DNA of 57,972 nt, filler included, from Dimargaris cristalligena (taxonomy: Eukaryota), in the NCBI GenBank assembly GCA_003614675.1. It is 6 parts of 6 records of this genome, joined end to end, with 100 filler letters (N's around TTAATTAATTAA, not from the genome) between each part and the next. Parts side by side here need not be neighbours in the genome. Positions count along the whole stretch, not along the records: positions 19,417 to 29,017 come from ML003255.1; positions 29,118 to 38,690 come from ML003256.1; 4 more parts are not named here. One strand, given 5' to 3'. A model generated the notes under the pieces. The model was not told the DNA's origin and searched no databases. It saw only the letters and a list, made by a program, of their open reading frames with translations. Positions 22,578 to 35,156 of this stretch are shown here, piece by piece; position 1 is the stretch's first letter; the number at the start of each line of letters is the position of its first letter. A program made the translations under genes and the position numbers.

Positions 22578-25132
22578 GGTTAGAGGATAGTTTGTAGAGA
22601 AAAAAGAAAATGCGATGAGCCAAAGGCAGTGAAACTAAACGTTTTATAACGTAGACGTGATGGCAAGAAAATGACAAATGGATGTTGTTGAAATTTTATT
22701 GGCGGGTGGGTACCGAGCTTTTAAATAAAACGAGCACCACATCACTGGTCTCGCTAATTCTTTAGCAGAAGACAAGATGGAGCTATAGAGAGTCGCCAAA
22801 GTGCACTATACTTTCGTGGGCTGGTGTTCGGAAGAGTGGCCTGTACTTGTTTCAAGTGACCCACTACCAACCATCAAAATGAATACAAAGGGTTGTTCTA
22901 GACGCCTTCGGCCCTTTCGATAGGCAATTGGGTCGTAAGAACACAATGGTATACACATTCACATAATGTATAACACATTAATAAGAAATGTAGCCAACTA
23001 ATCGTCCGTTGGGTGACCACAGTGGCTTATGAATTATTGTGAAGGAGACTTACAATACATGTCTACAATCAAATTGGAAGTCAATCCCATTTTTCTACTC
23101 GCTTAACATGAAATATGGTATAATAAACTGGCGTTTGGGACTAATGCTTTTATTGTATTGAAATCACATTCCACATTTCTCCCTTGTCGGGTGCCATGGT
23201 CTGGTGATGTAATGCCCATTTAAGACTGGGCTCTTAAGACATCCGAATCAAAACAGGATGCTTCCAGGTCTGGTTGTATACGACGCCATCAACAATATAT
23301 ATATGTGATTGTTTCGGCCGACATGAAAAGGGGGCTAACTATGAAGCGACCAACTGATATTCCAAATAATCGCATGTTCCAATTAACCCCAAGTACTCTC
23401 GAAGACTGCATACTTAGAGAAAACATAGCGGTACCATAGATGGGAAATAGAGCAGGCTCGCAAGGGGAAGTGTAGTCTCTACCAAACGTCATTATTATTA
23501 GACGAATCATATCTAATTCGTAGTCATTGGCCTTGATGTCGTCAATAAACGATCAGACACACCTGTGGTAATTTGTACTCTTAGCAGATAAGGGGGAGAT
23601 AAACAAAGCGGCTAGAAGCTATGGCCTGCCAATTGGAAACTTAGCCTGACCTTCCAAGTGCTCCCTCTCCATATAAGGGGAGAATGTGAAGTTGGCATAT
23701 ATACAGAATAGCTTTGACCATTCAATCAATGGGAAACGCAGTATTCCGGAGAGTGCATATGTCTTTAACTTGTCAAACCTACAGGCGTTATAGTGTAGAA
23801 GCAACCCAGATTATCTCACTAAATAGGATAAGTCTCAGGTGAGTTACCCACTCGTCAACGGTTTTAATACACTGAAGTTGGCTACTTAATGTCAGAACCT
23901 TCATGAATACAAAGCTAGTATAACACAGCAAGGGGAAATGTGATACGACTCCGAAAAATTTTTTAAGCAACGAAAGTTGGGCAGATCGGAATCTAAATTC
24001 TATAATTTATGCTTATAATTTTGGGTGAGGGGAATCAGAGGATACTTGGTAAAAATAGGATGGTGTAATTTTAACACCGGCTTTAATAAGGCAACGCTGG
24101 AGACAATTGGGGAAATTCAAAACCTGTGGTAATGGTAGGGGGACATGCTAGTCATTGGATGAATGTATTTACCGATGCAATACTTGTCGTTTTTGCTAAT
24201 ATTTTAATTTAAAGTACCTGAAAAAATAGGAATTGCAGCCATAGCCATAATAAATTAGAGTATAATAAACCACCGGCAATAAATTCAGCATTGTTACAAT
24301 CAGGTAGCACGCATCGGAAAAAACAGTTTCCAGTTAGAATGGTAATATAGGCGATGTATTTTACATCAAATTGGATATTCATTGGCGGCGGCGGAAATTG
24401 GATCAATTGTATGTCCAAATGAATGCCGTAATTCATTTAAGCAATTAGCACTTCGTTAGTGGAGGATATTATTTAAAACGCCTTAAGCAATTATCATCTC
24501 AAAATATAGAATGAATCAAGGTATTAGCCATCGATTTTGTACGCATAGGCACGTTGCATCCAGACTAAATAAAAAATTAACAACGTTGGTTTTATCGAAA
24601 CCAAAATGAAGTGCACTGAGTATTCTATTGACAGCTGCTTAGATTTCTATGGTCCAAATAAAAAATCGGATTGCCGATGAGGTCTGCTGAGCCATATCCA
24701 ACAGTCTTAACAAAGAGTGAAGCCACTGAAACAGCACGAACATTGCTACACTGACTACAATTCAAATTGTATCCTGCTATTTAACTTATTGAAAGGCCCT
24801 TATCAAGAAACCTATTCGATACTTTCCATTGCAGCAATCAAAGGGTTTTATCGACATCTATTACATTATTAGTACAGCCACGGTGCCTTCATGAAAGTCA
24901 TGGAAGCATCTTACCAAAATAAAGATCTTTGCCTACAACCTAGACCACGCTCAAGGTAGTTTTACATAGGGTTTTATTTTTATTAAAATTCAATTATTAA
25001 CCAAAATTTCAGATATAATAAGAAGTAGGTCCAGCATTTAAAATACATGTACAAATGCTATAATATATATTTTTAAAAAATATACTAACCATTTAACCTG
25101 CAATTATGTAGGCACCACCCACATTGTGTTCA

Positions 25133-25354
25133 TTAGGTGGCTGGTTTAAGTGGTTGACCCCTATCTTGGTCAGTGAGTTCAGCATAGGGGTCGGCGGTTG
25201 GGTAATCCCCCGAAAAATTAAGGGATGTGTCCCCGGAGCCACCCTGTTGGGGATGGCTATTTTTGTTATTTGCCCGCATTGCCGCAGGGAGCCGTCTCCA
25301 TACCTTGATGCAAGTAGCCCATACATTGGTAAAAATGGCCTTTGGTCTGGCCAT
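25133..25354 (-). CDS. Possible small protein, 73 aa (MARPKAIFTNVW...)
   Basis: Good start context (tcaaaATGG), C/A-rich leader and TATAAAAA ~150 nt upstream. No recognisable domain. Confidence 0.4.
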   Translation of the reverse strand: MARPKAIFTNVWATCIKVWRRLPAAMRANNKNSHPQQGGSGDTSLNFSGDYPTADPYAELTDQDRGQPLKPAT

Positions 25355-25699
25355 TTTGATAAGGGAGATGATGAGGACGAATATATGCGAGTATTTAAGA
25401 TGATATGGGTAAAGTTGACCAATGTATACAGTGGGTGAGTATGGGAAGTGTTGAATTGGTGTTCAGATTAATATGTGTTTCAAATACAGCGTCTAGTCGT
25501 CTTTTTATATTGGGGCTAACCGGCATTAATAACGATTCGGAGTGGTATAGGATGACTAATTGGGGCTTCGAAGTGGGGGTTATTCATTGGACCATTTTGC
25601 ATAATAGTCGAAGGAATAGTAGCACAGTTGGTGATTTGGATTCATAATCGGGAAAGACATGGTTAGCATACCTGTTTATTCCCGTTGGCGACCATTCAA

Positions 25700-26420
25700 A
25701 TGACTATGTGGAAGTCTGCCACCATGTGTTCAGCATTATTGTAGTCGCTAGGTTTTTGTTTGACACAGCTTATCAATGTTGTGGCCCAACATGTCACCTG
25801 GTAATGGGACAGGGCCACAACAATAGCCAGGGTTCTTAAATGAAGGCTTCTATAAAGCACAATATTTTTATTACTGTATATAAAATCACCTTGGAAAATT
25901 TAATATCAATTCACAATAAGATGATTGGACTAACAATGGTAGTTAGACCCGACCACGGAGCCCGCTATATTGCCTATTGAAAGGGGTTTTGGCCCTGTCA
26001 GTTATGACAATGCAATACCGACATAGCTAGGTATACCCTACAATGCTAGCCCTGCCACCGACCAATTGGATGCCAAGTAGACATGGCGGAGTCGATACCA
26101 ACGACGATCCCCCTAATGTGAAGGCAAGGCTTGGCGAAATCATAAATCTTTTCAGCTATTGACAAACTGGGAATGGCTGATAGCCGCCACAGTCCTATTG
26201 TGGTGTAACATTTAGATTACACCACTGGTTTTTTATGTTGGTGCTAATAGTAAATTACGGATGTGGAAGGGACGCCAGAACTGCGAATAGTGAATGGTCT
26301 GGTGGCTAGTTCAGATACTATATTGGACTAGTCACTACAACGAAATCCCCGATGGACCTTCACATTTTCAAGTCTGACACCACTGACCTGATTCGTGCTA
26401 CCGTTGCCATTTATAGGTAT
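25700..26420 (+). pseudogene. Possible decayed secreted-protein gene
   Basis: MTMWKSATMCSALL*SLGFCLTQLINVVAQ resembles a signal peptide with a stop; coding-like fragments follow and end at an AG|GTATG donor. Confidence 0.25.
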
Positions 26421-27853
26421 GATTATTTTTTAAGGAGGCCATTTTACTACTTTTTCTGTAACCTAGCTTCGTCAACTTCGTTGACAATGGTGTGAATACG
26501 AAACTTATTATTAGGTTACAGATGTTTATATATGATTTAGTAGTGCTGGTTTTCATGACAACAGTCCCGCAATTCAGAAGGTACCTAAACCAACTTTGAA
26601 CAACTGTGCCAGATTTCCCAGGACAACTTGGTTAACGCCTTTCACCAAAAAGGATATTCCTAGACATGGTGGTGGGCACCACCGGTCCACCAATTAACCC
26701 ACCGGGTGACTAGCCTAGTTAGACTATTCGGTTGTCATTGAACCTTATTTTGACAGTATATAATCGATTATAAATGGTGGACATAATTCCCAATAACTTT
26801 AGCGCCAGATGACCTCACTCAGGATTTCTCACCTTTCTTATCCATATAACTTAATGTCATTTTGACTGGCGGATCAGTAAGTACAATAGTGGTCCTGATC
26901 AATTACTAAAATCTGCCAGGAGTATTTAACTTCTGGGGTTGTGTGAAATATAGGACAATTAATATACTGGCATACTGCTATTTGTGTCTCATATTCTTGA
27001 ACTTGTTCTCCATTTATTGTCAGACTGACTTTTCTTCCATCACAATTATAGCCCTGGGTATGCTAAATATGCTGACATGGGCAGATGAGCCAAGGCTGCA
27101 TAAACACTGGTACCAGTTACCAATCTAAGAAGTAGTTATACCTTGGATAGATTCAAGGTCCCTGGACAATTGACAAGTTGATTCCATGGGAACAGTCCGG
27201 GGCTGAAAGTATTATTATATTTCTTTATGCAAGCTGATTCTCCTTTTCTTCTACTTTCCAACCTATTATTATATTTATATTCCCATTTATTATTGACAAA
27301 GCTACAGGCTATTGAAATCAATAATAATTTTAACCCATGACAATCAGCTATTTCCTATTAATATTTTTATTATTTAATAATCTGTTTATAAGTGGGGCTT
27401 GGGAATAACCAGCCTCCAGTGGATTCCTTCTTGGAATTACACCATATAATTTTATACCATATATTATTTTTATTAGTTTTATCAATATCCAATATGAAGG
27501 AGGACTGGGAAAACTGTGGCTCCCAGCCTTCCAATTTCTATATTTCACTTACATTTTACATATTTACAACTGTAGTTTAGCCAGTAGGTCAGTTGTTTCC
27601 CTATTGCAGGTTTTTATAACTTATAATTATTACAGTTATTATTGTTAGCTATAGTTATTTAATTTAATTAATTTCTTATATGTACCTTAGTAGTATCCCC
27701 TCAGTTAAAGGGACAGGTTCAATTTAAGATAAGTGTTATAGTGATATATTATTTTTGGTATAAGCCCCTATTACTCAGAATAAACATTCATATTAACTTC
27801 ACTAGACAACCCCAATGACTACCCTTTACCCAGTTTTACTTAATTATTATTAT

Positions 27854-28400
27854 TGTCACCTGGGTTTACCACTCTTAGTCTGTCAAGAGTCCCGGAGATA
27901 GGCTTCTAATAGTAGGCAGAGCTTAGGCTCAGCTAAGTGGGCTACTAGTATTAGGGAGGGATCAGTGCTAACCAATAAAGGATGAGTACATCTAATACAA
28001 GGGACATGCAGCAGGCACACTTACTGGCTAATACAATGGGTGAGTGTATATAGAGTTTATTGAAGAAATTGAGGGGGATAAGAAATAAGCTAAGGAACTG
28101 AACTGGTCCCAGAGGGGCCCAGTTATTTATATATAGGGACCTCTCATAATGAGGGGTCCTTAAGAGCAATGGGATGACTAAGAAGAGTTGAGGGTTGAGG
28201 CCTTGACTGGGGGCTTATATCCAGAAGACTCCACTAAGAAAGGGGGAAAGTTGGATCAGCCGGTGGAGTATTGTGTGAGAAGTGTTGGGGCCTGGTTATA
28301 GTGGGTTATATAGCAAGGGAAGAGGAATATGGCACAATAAGGCAAGATTGGATAGGATAATTAGTATTCCCATATTTAGGGAGGATTAGGTGGGCTGATA
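27854..28400 (-). mobile_element. Solo LTR, family C (inverted copy)
   Basis: Reverse complement aligns with 10242-10826 (GGGCCCC..GGGAC..TTCTTA..CAATAAAC..TTAGAAGCCTATC..GACTAAGAGT). Ends GGTGACA. Confidence 0.7.
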
Positions 28401-29017
28401 GTTGTTACTATTAATTTTGCAGAACATACTCCATGTAACTCCTCTCTAAGGTGCACCCAACTTTTTATTGCAATAGATGTACTGTGCTACAAAATGGCAT
28501 ATTCCTAAGTTTATACTGTTTTCTATTTTTATATATATATAAATCAGTATCCCCATCTGGTTTGCACTGACTATAACATCTTTCCAGGCTTCCCTGGCCT
28601 GGGAGCAGCTGCTCTTGCAGGCTTCAAAATACTAAGCTACCCTCCCCCTGCTTCCAGCCTCCATCAACACAATTGCATTCTAGACATTTCTTTTATACAT
28701 GACACTAGACAATGCCCCTCATCAGTTTTGCTGAATATCTAGCCCCAAACTGAACTGTCCTAGATTCCTATGACAGAAAGGACAATCAGAAACAACCCAC
28801 CACAGTCGGCAATATGCCCCACATGATCTATTGAAAATATTTAGTGAACTACTTCGTTGTAGTAGAACCACGTGATCTTTTAGGTTAACACCTGGACATA
28901 TACTTTTGTACTACTGCATAGTGCAGTCTTGAACGAAGCTTATTTTTATCAATTTCTTTATTGGTTTTATCAAGACCGGATCATTACTATATATATTTCT
29001 TTTAATCCGAAACGGGC

Positions 29018-29117
29018 NNNNNNNNNNNNNNNNNNNNNNNNNNNNNNNNNNNNNNNNNNNNTTAATTAATTAANNNNNNNNNNNNNNNNNNNNNNNNNNN
29101 NNNNNNNNNNNNNNNNN
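29018..29117. other. Artificial contig linker
   Basis: N-TTAATTAATTAA-N, 100 nt. Confidence 0.97.
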
Positions 29118-29251
29118 AAATGGAGGGAAAATGACCATACTCATCAGGGGCAGGGGCAGGGGCTCATTCACTCGTCAGGGGTGTACTTCTGATAAGTGCG
29201 AAAAATGGCTTAAAAATAAAAGTAGGTAAAAAATGTGGTAAGTTCACCACA
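29118..29251 (+). repeat. Dispersed repeat family B
   Basis: Matches 9711-9818; similarity stops sharply after ..GTTCACCACA. Confidence 0.8.
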
Positions 29252-29789
29252 TGTTTATTAAAGGGATGAGCAGGGAGAAACCAAGATAAATGGGAAGCCC
29301 AGTGAATAGTCAATAAGGCAAGGTTGCCAATGTATAATACCTCAGAATACCTGAGTGTCCAACTGGTGTAGGCAGGTAGTAACACTATAGCTAATGTACA
29401 ACAGTAGAATGGAGTTCTCAAAAGTGTTGGAAAACAAGTCCTGTATCTAAAAGGGGAATAGCCAATTTTAATAATTGGGCACAATAACTAGGTAGTGGAT
29501 ACCTAGTGATAATTATGGTAGAGTTCAGAATGGGGCAGGCCCAATTCCAATGTAGCTGTAGGTAGATTTCAGCTATAACTAAGACCTGGGGAATAGGGCA
29601 TTCATGCCTATGACTTCTGGTATGGTGGGTATTAATATTTACCAAAAGATTAGTGTAAATATTATAGAATACATCATGCAGCCAAATGGACTATTGCTGT
29701 TTTCTAGCAATAACTTGGGATGGTTAATTCAATTGTCCTGGTTTTTTATACTAGAAACCTGTCTTTCTGCTAGTTGGCAATTGGGGGAG

Positions 29790-30700
29790 TGTGAGTGCTG
29801 CTATTGGCACCTCCACTTTCTATGGCTACTATCAGGCATTGGCAGAAGGACTTGGGACCTATTCTAACATAGTTCCAGCAGTACCCATGGATGGTGACTG
29901 TGGTGGAGGAAAATGTTGGTGGAAGGGGAGTATATTCTCGACTGACCAGTCTTAATACTTGTAGTTAAAGTGTAATGATAGGGACACAGGGTGGTTTGTT
30001 GTTGCCTTGGGAGGTGGCCCATCAAATTGGTGTATTAGAATCACTCACTTGTGTGGCCCAAAGAGATTTTTTGGCTAAGGTGGGGTAGGGAAATATTATA
30101 AAATAAATAAAATCACACAAACCATGGAATATTTAGTAAAGTTCTAAGTCAATAACAGCTGCATCAAATTCAAATGTCTGTGTGAGTGAAAGACACTTGG
30201 TCAAAAAGATAGCACAATTGAAATGGGAATATTATAATTTCTTGGAAACTAAGTGCCACTGTCTCATTAACACCATCATATGCACACCCATCAGCCAAAA
30301 AAAGGGAATATGTTTGGCATAGGAGATTCAATAACCACTATGACCAGAATTCTATATAAACAATGTCTTTCCTCATCAATACACAAAATGATAACAAAAC
30401 ATATATATGTATATATATATTTAAAAATATTAATAAACTCACAACTTACCTTGTGATAAACCCACACTATGGGCTTAATAATTGGAGCAATGGGGTTGGT
30501 TGTAGGGTAATCCCTACCAACACCACCACTGCTCTCAATGAAAATATTATATTTAGCCATTTCTGTAATTAATAGCCATGTAATAGGTATATGGGGACCA
30601 CAGGAGGGGGACAACCAATGGGTTTTATACTGCTGGGGGAAACCCAGAAGTCCCATAGTAGAATGAACAGCAACCAGTTTTGATGAGATGACTGAATTAT
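29790..30700 (+). mobile_element. Degenerate Ty1/Copia integrase region
   Basis: Broken frames give, in Copia order: YWHLH (LWHxRLGH), HLCGP (HxDLCGP, 30049-30060), EYLVK, KFKCL..KKI, FLETK..TP and TTYL (TAAYL). Almost no CpG. Confidence 0.6.
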
Positions 30701-32311
30701 GGGCCCTTGCTGGTTTCCCTGGGAGACTAACAAGTGGCTGTAATACCTTCCATCAGATGTGGCTGATTGTCCTATAAAAAAAACAGAAAGTGGAGGTAAA
30801 GACACAATGGTAGTCATGTTTATTCATGCTTAATTATATTTCTATTAAACCTGACAATGGGGGTGTACATATTATTCCCAATGATAGCTATTGGCTTATT
30901 CATGAATAAGCGATACCTCCCCAAACTATTAGTGACAATGTTCCATGGTGTTAAAGGAGTACTAACTATCCTTGCCGCTATTGGTGTAGTCCCCACTCTT
31001 TCCGTCTTTTGCATCCCCAACTAGCTAAATACAATGGGCGTTATCTGCCATGTATTTTTTCTGTTATCATGAACGCCTCCCATGCCTTTTTCATACCGAC
31101 ATTGCTATCCATCACATTCCCTATCCCTATCGGCACTCTTAATCTTCCAGCCCTCCCCCGCCCCTTCATCCCCACCCCCCACTTCCCCCAGCTTCACAGT
31201 GGCTTAAAATAAAACATAATATCACCAGTCTTTTTCTATTACCTTCTTGGGCCACAATACAATTCTCATCCCAACAGATATATAATATTATTTCCAACCC
31301 TATGGAGATTGTCATCTTGCTGACTGCACCCCCGCTTCGCCTTTATATGGAAATTTCCGTACTTAGCCACCGGGGGAATACAGTGGGCGATTACTATTAT
31401 CCTTTTTTGGGATAGGTGCATGATAGGACTCGGGTTAATACCATTTTCCCCCCTCACGGCCTTACCATTCCCCGTGAATTCGTCTGAAACCCGTGGATCC
31501 CACACACCTTCCAACTTCTCAAGACCAAATGGGCAGCATTATTCATCCCAACCACCCACTAGCTATGGGATTGAGTCGGAAAGAGGATGATTAGGAGGTG
31601 CTAGTACTCGGTATAAAGCGGCCGTAGGCCCTACTCTGGGCCAGTATATATACAACTAAAAGTTAACCAAGCCACATCCTGTGAAATTCACTCACTTGGC
31701 CCGGATTTTCTGTTGAAAACACATTTATTCCCATATATAAATACTCTGTAGTAGCTTATATAGCTCTGCTAAGCGCCGTACGCATCATTAATATAATAGC
31801 CGTACCTTAAACAAAGTAACCTTTCTAGCCCATCTAAATGCCTACCTGAATAGATGATAATGCTTACAAGAATACTAAATGTGTATTATACCAGTTTATT
31901 GAAGGGAGGTATTATCGAATATAGTATAGTTACACCAAGAGGAGGAGAGGGAAAGGGAGGGGGGAAATTGTAAAAGTATATAAAACGCAACATGGCGGGG
32001 GGAGGGAGGGGAGATGCAATAGCACAGTTAATATTAATTGAATGAAGCGCGTTATGAGAAAGAAGAGAATCGTATATGTTAAATGGTCGCCAAACGAAAC
32101 GATAAGAGAAGCGAATAATTGTGTGGAGAGGCGGTGTCTGCACGGACCCCAATTCGGATATTAATGAGTCGCATAATGGCCTAATAACAAAACATACAGA
32201 AAGAGAAAGCGAAATTTAATGTTGGGGGTTTTGTCTTCAAGCATAAATAATAAAGAACTAATTACGAATATCAAACAAATATAGTCGCCAATGTAAGGCA
32301 GGAGAGGGGAT

Positions 32312-35156
32312 CTACGAAAGTGTAATCCAACCCATGTCCACAAACCAGTCCACAATTTTACTGGTCTTGTTCACATCAATGCGGCACATTTTTTGGGCGT
32401 CCCGTTTCCGGAACATTTTCTTGGGCCTCGGTTTATCGCCGCTAGAGCCTGAGGCAGCAGGGGCCCCCGATGCTACGGTCGACTGCGGCCGTACCTCGCC
32501 TGTAGCCTGGGTTTCGGTCTTTACACCATTTGCTGGGGAATTAGAGTCGGTGGGGGCCATGGGCTCGTTGGATGGTGAGTTACCAGGCTCTTGTTTAATT
32601 CCATCGACTGGCCTTCCCGCCAATCGGGCCCGGGTGCGCTCCAGCTCCTCCACCCCATCGTCCAGGGCCACCTCCGCCTCAATGGCCGCTTGTAAAAGCG
32701 TTTCCTTAATTTGCAAGTATTGGTGAGGCGGTACCCGCAGAGTCGAGCACACGTGGACTTCGGGTTCGGTTAAGTTAGAGTATCCCTGGTCATCCGAAAC
32801 ATCCAGAGGAGCCCCTATAGTCAAAACCGACCCGGGATAGATGTACGGTCCAATCGGAATGCATATAAGGGGAGGGTGGATTAAAACCACAATAAACATA
32901 TTAAATAAACGTTAGTGTCTGGATAAATAGATTCTGTCAAAAGAGAACCTAATTGATCGAGCAGTTGAGACCAGATATATGATGCTATCCAATATGCATC
33001 TGATTCACCCAAGTACATTTAAGGATGGATGGGGTTCGGAAGTTAGAGTAGAGGTATTCCGAATTGAAGAAAGGGATACTTTCCAAATACCCAATCTCAC
33101 ATAAACCGCTAAATGTGGCCAATAGTAGATCAACTATGATCAGCCCAAATAAATAATTTTAGATATTCGTATACGTACCCTTAGGCCAGAAAACGAGGGG
33201 GAATCCCTGGGCCGACCATTTCGGGGTCTTTTTTACGGCCTGCCTACGATAGGGACCGCGATTGCGCGTCGTCCGATCGGTCACTAGCGTTTCGCCACTG
33301 TCACTACCATGTTCCAAATCGTCACTTTGGTCATCTGATGACGTGGGAAATTAGAAGCGGGGCAAGGAAATGGGTAACCGGTCGGTATGGATGATCGATG
33401 TGCAATGAATGCCAAGGGAAAGGGGGAAATAATGATGTATACAGTCCGGTGAAATGGTGAATAAGTACCCAAGTAGATTTATAGTGTTGTATAGAGGTGA
33501 TTGTAGTTAGTTACGGCACATCGGTAAGGTATCGCCCCCAAAATGTATGGGGCGGGCATTCATTAGCCGTGATAGATATGAAAATTAATATACAAAAAAG
33601 AACGCAAAAAAAAAGAAAGGTATGCGTGGGTAAAGGGGCTTTTTAAATACTCTAACAACCAGCACAGTGGAGTATCACTTGCAATGAATGCAAACTAAAC
33701 TCCCCAAAGTACATGGGAACTACCACTTACCACGAGTTGAGATTTCGCTCGCTGGCTTAAAGCTATCCTCATAAGCCTGGGCCGAATGGGTTAGGGCGTT
33801 ATAATAAATCTGCTGTTGCCGGCGCGTGCTGTAACCGTGCTGCGAAACGTCATTGACGGAATATTCGGAACCTTCGCCATCGGACCCTATCACGGGGGTG
33901 GATGCCCGACTGGATGCCCGGGCGGTGGGCCCGCGGGGCCCGGTGGAATCCCCGTGGGTAGAAACGGCGGAGGATGTAGCCCCTGTGGCGGGACCGCTCG
34001 ATAAATCCAGGTCCATAACTTCGAAGGCCCCGTTTAGGGATTTGAGGGAGCGCTTATTGTTGAGGGACGGTGAACTGGGAATGGCTTCCCCGGTGGCCAG
34101 TTGGTCATCGCCAGCACCCGTACGCCGCCGCATCTGGGGGGATCCCTCGGCCGCCCCCGATTTAGCTGACCCTAAACCCTGGTCCCGCTTGAAGCGTTTA
34201 GCAGAATTGGGCGTTGCTGCGGGGTTAGATGAACCATCCCGACGCTTATGAGATTTGCGGGTTCGTGATGACCCGGAACCGCCCCCGGTAACACTGTCGC
34301 TATCGCTAGCGGGAATAGAGCCATTATCGCCCCGAGCACTTCCACCGCCTCCCATCCGCCGTTGGGCAGACACGTGACCACCGGTAGCACTGGCCGACGC
34401 CCGCTTGGAGGAGGACAAACTCATATGGGGAAGTGAGTAGCCAGTACCGTACAAGGGACCACTACGGGGGTCAATGACCGACCAAAGCCATAGGGCCTGT
34501 GGGTCAATTCGATACTGTTCGTACACATCGGTGGAAATACGCTGACGGTCCTGTTGGGGATCCTCGGCGTACTTGGTAAAAATAGTTCCCTTTTGGGGAA
34601 AATACCGGATGGAAATTCCCAGGGACGGGCCAACGACAGCCCCCCAGGTAGACCCGGGCGATACGGCCCGCGAGGGCACTGCCGTGGCGGATAAGGATTC
34701 CGTGGACAGGTGGTGGGCCCTATTAACCCCTACACCCGCCTCGGTATTACGGTCTTGGGAAGTACCTGAAGTGGGTGACGGGGGCGACCAGCGACTTTCG
34801 GTTGGAGTATCCAAAGGAGTTAGGGTCATGGCTTGGTTAGTCGAGGCGGGTGCCGAACCGGATACGGGCGAGCCGGGTGAATCCGACTTGGGCATGGACG
34901 TTGATGTTGGCGAATGTGGGGTTATGGTGGCTGGTCGACTAGGGCGCGCCAACCGGTCATCGCGTGGGTGGCGTGGACTGAGTGAGCTCCCTGCATGGCG
35001 GTTATCGGCGATATTCAAGTCGGCAAAACTAGGGACTAGGATATGGGGTAAGACGGGCCGGTTGGAGGTGGCTGACAGGGACTTGCGAGGCTGAATAGGC
35101 TTACGGGGCCGCCGACGGCCGATATGGGCGGCTGGAGCTGGTACAATGGGACCCAT
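32312..35156 (-). CDS. SWIRM-domain chromatin protein (Ada2-type SWIRM; Fun19/Laf1-like)
   Basis: Exons 35156-33731, 33334-33179, 32814-32312 with phase-1 introns. WPKG-APLDV..EVHVCSTLRVPPHQYLQIK..FRKRDAQKMCRIDVNKTSKIVDWF. Long disordered N-terminus. Confidence 0.85.

Noticed and set aside
23000..24440. Short ORFs that look partly coding
   Set aside because: No consistent frame, splice model or recognisable motif.
29480..29700. Possible Gypsy integrase relic on the minus strand (IFTLIFW*, LPHSELYHN)
   Set aside because: Resemblance too weak and fragmentary to call without a profile search.
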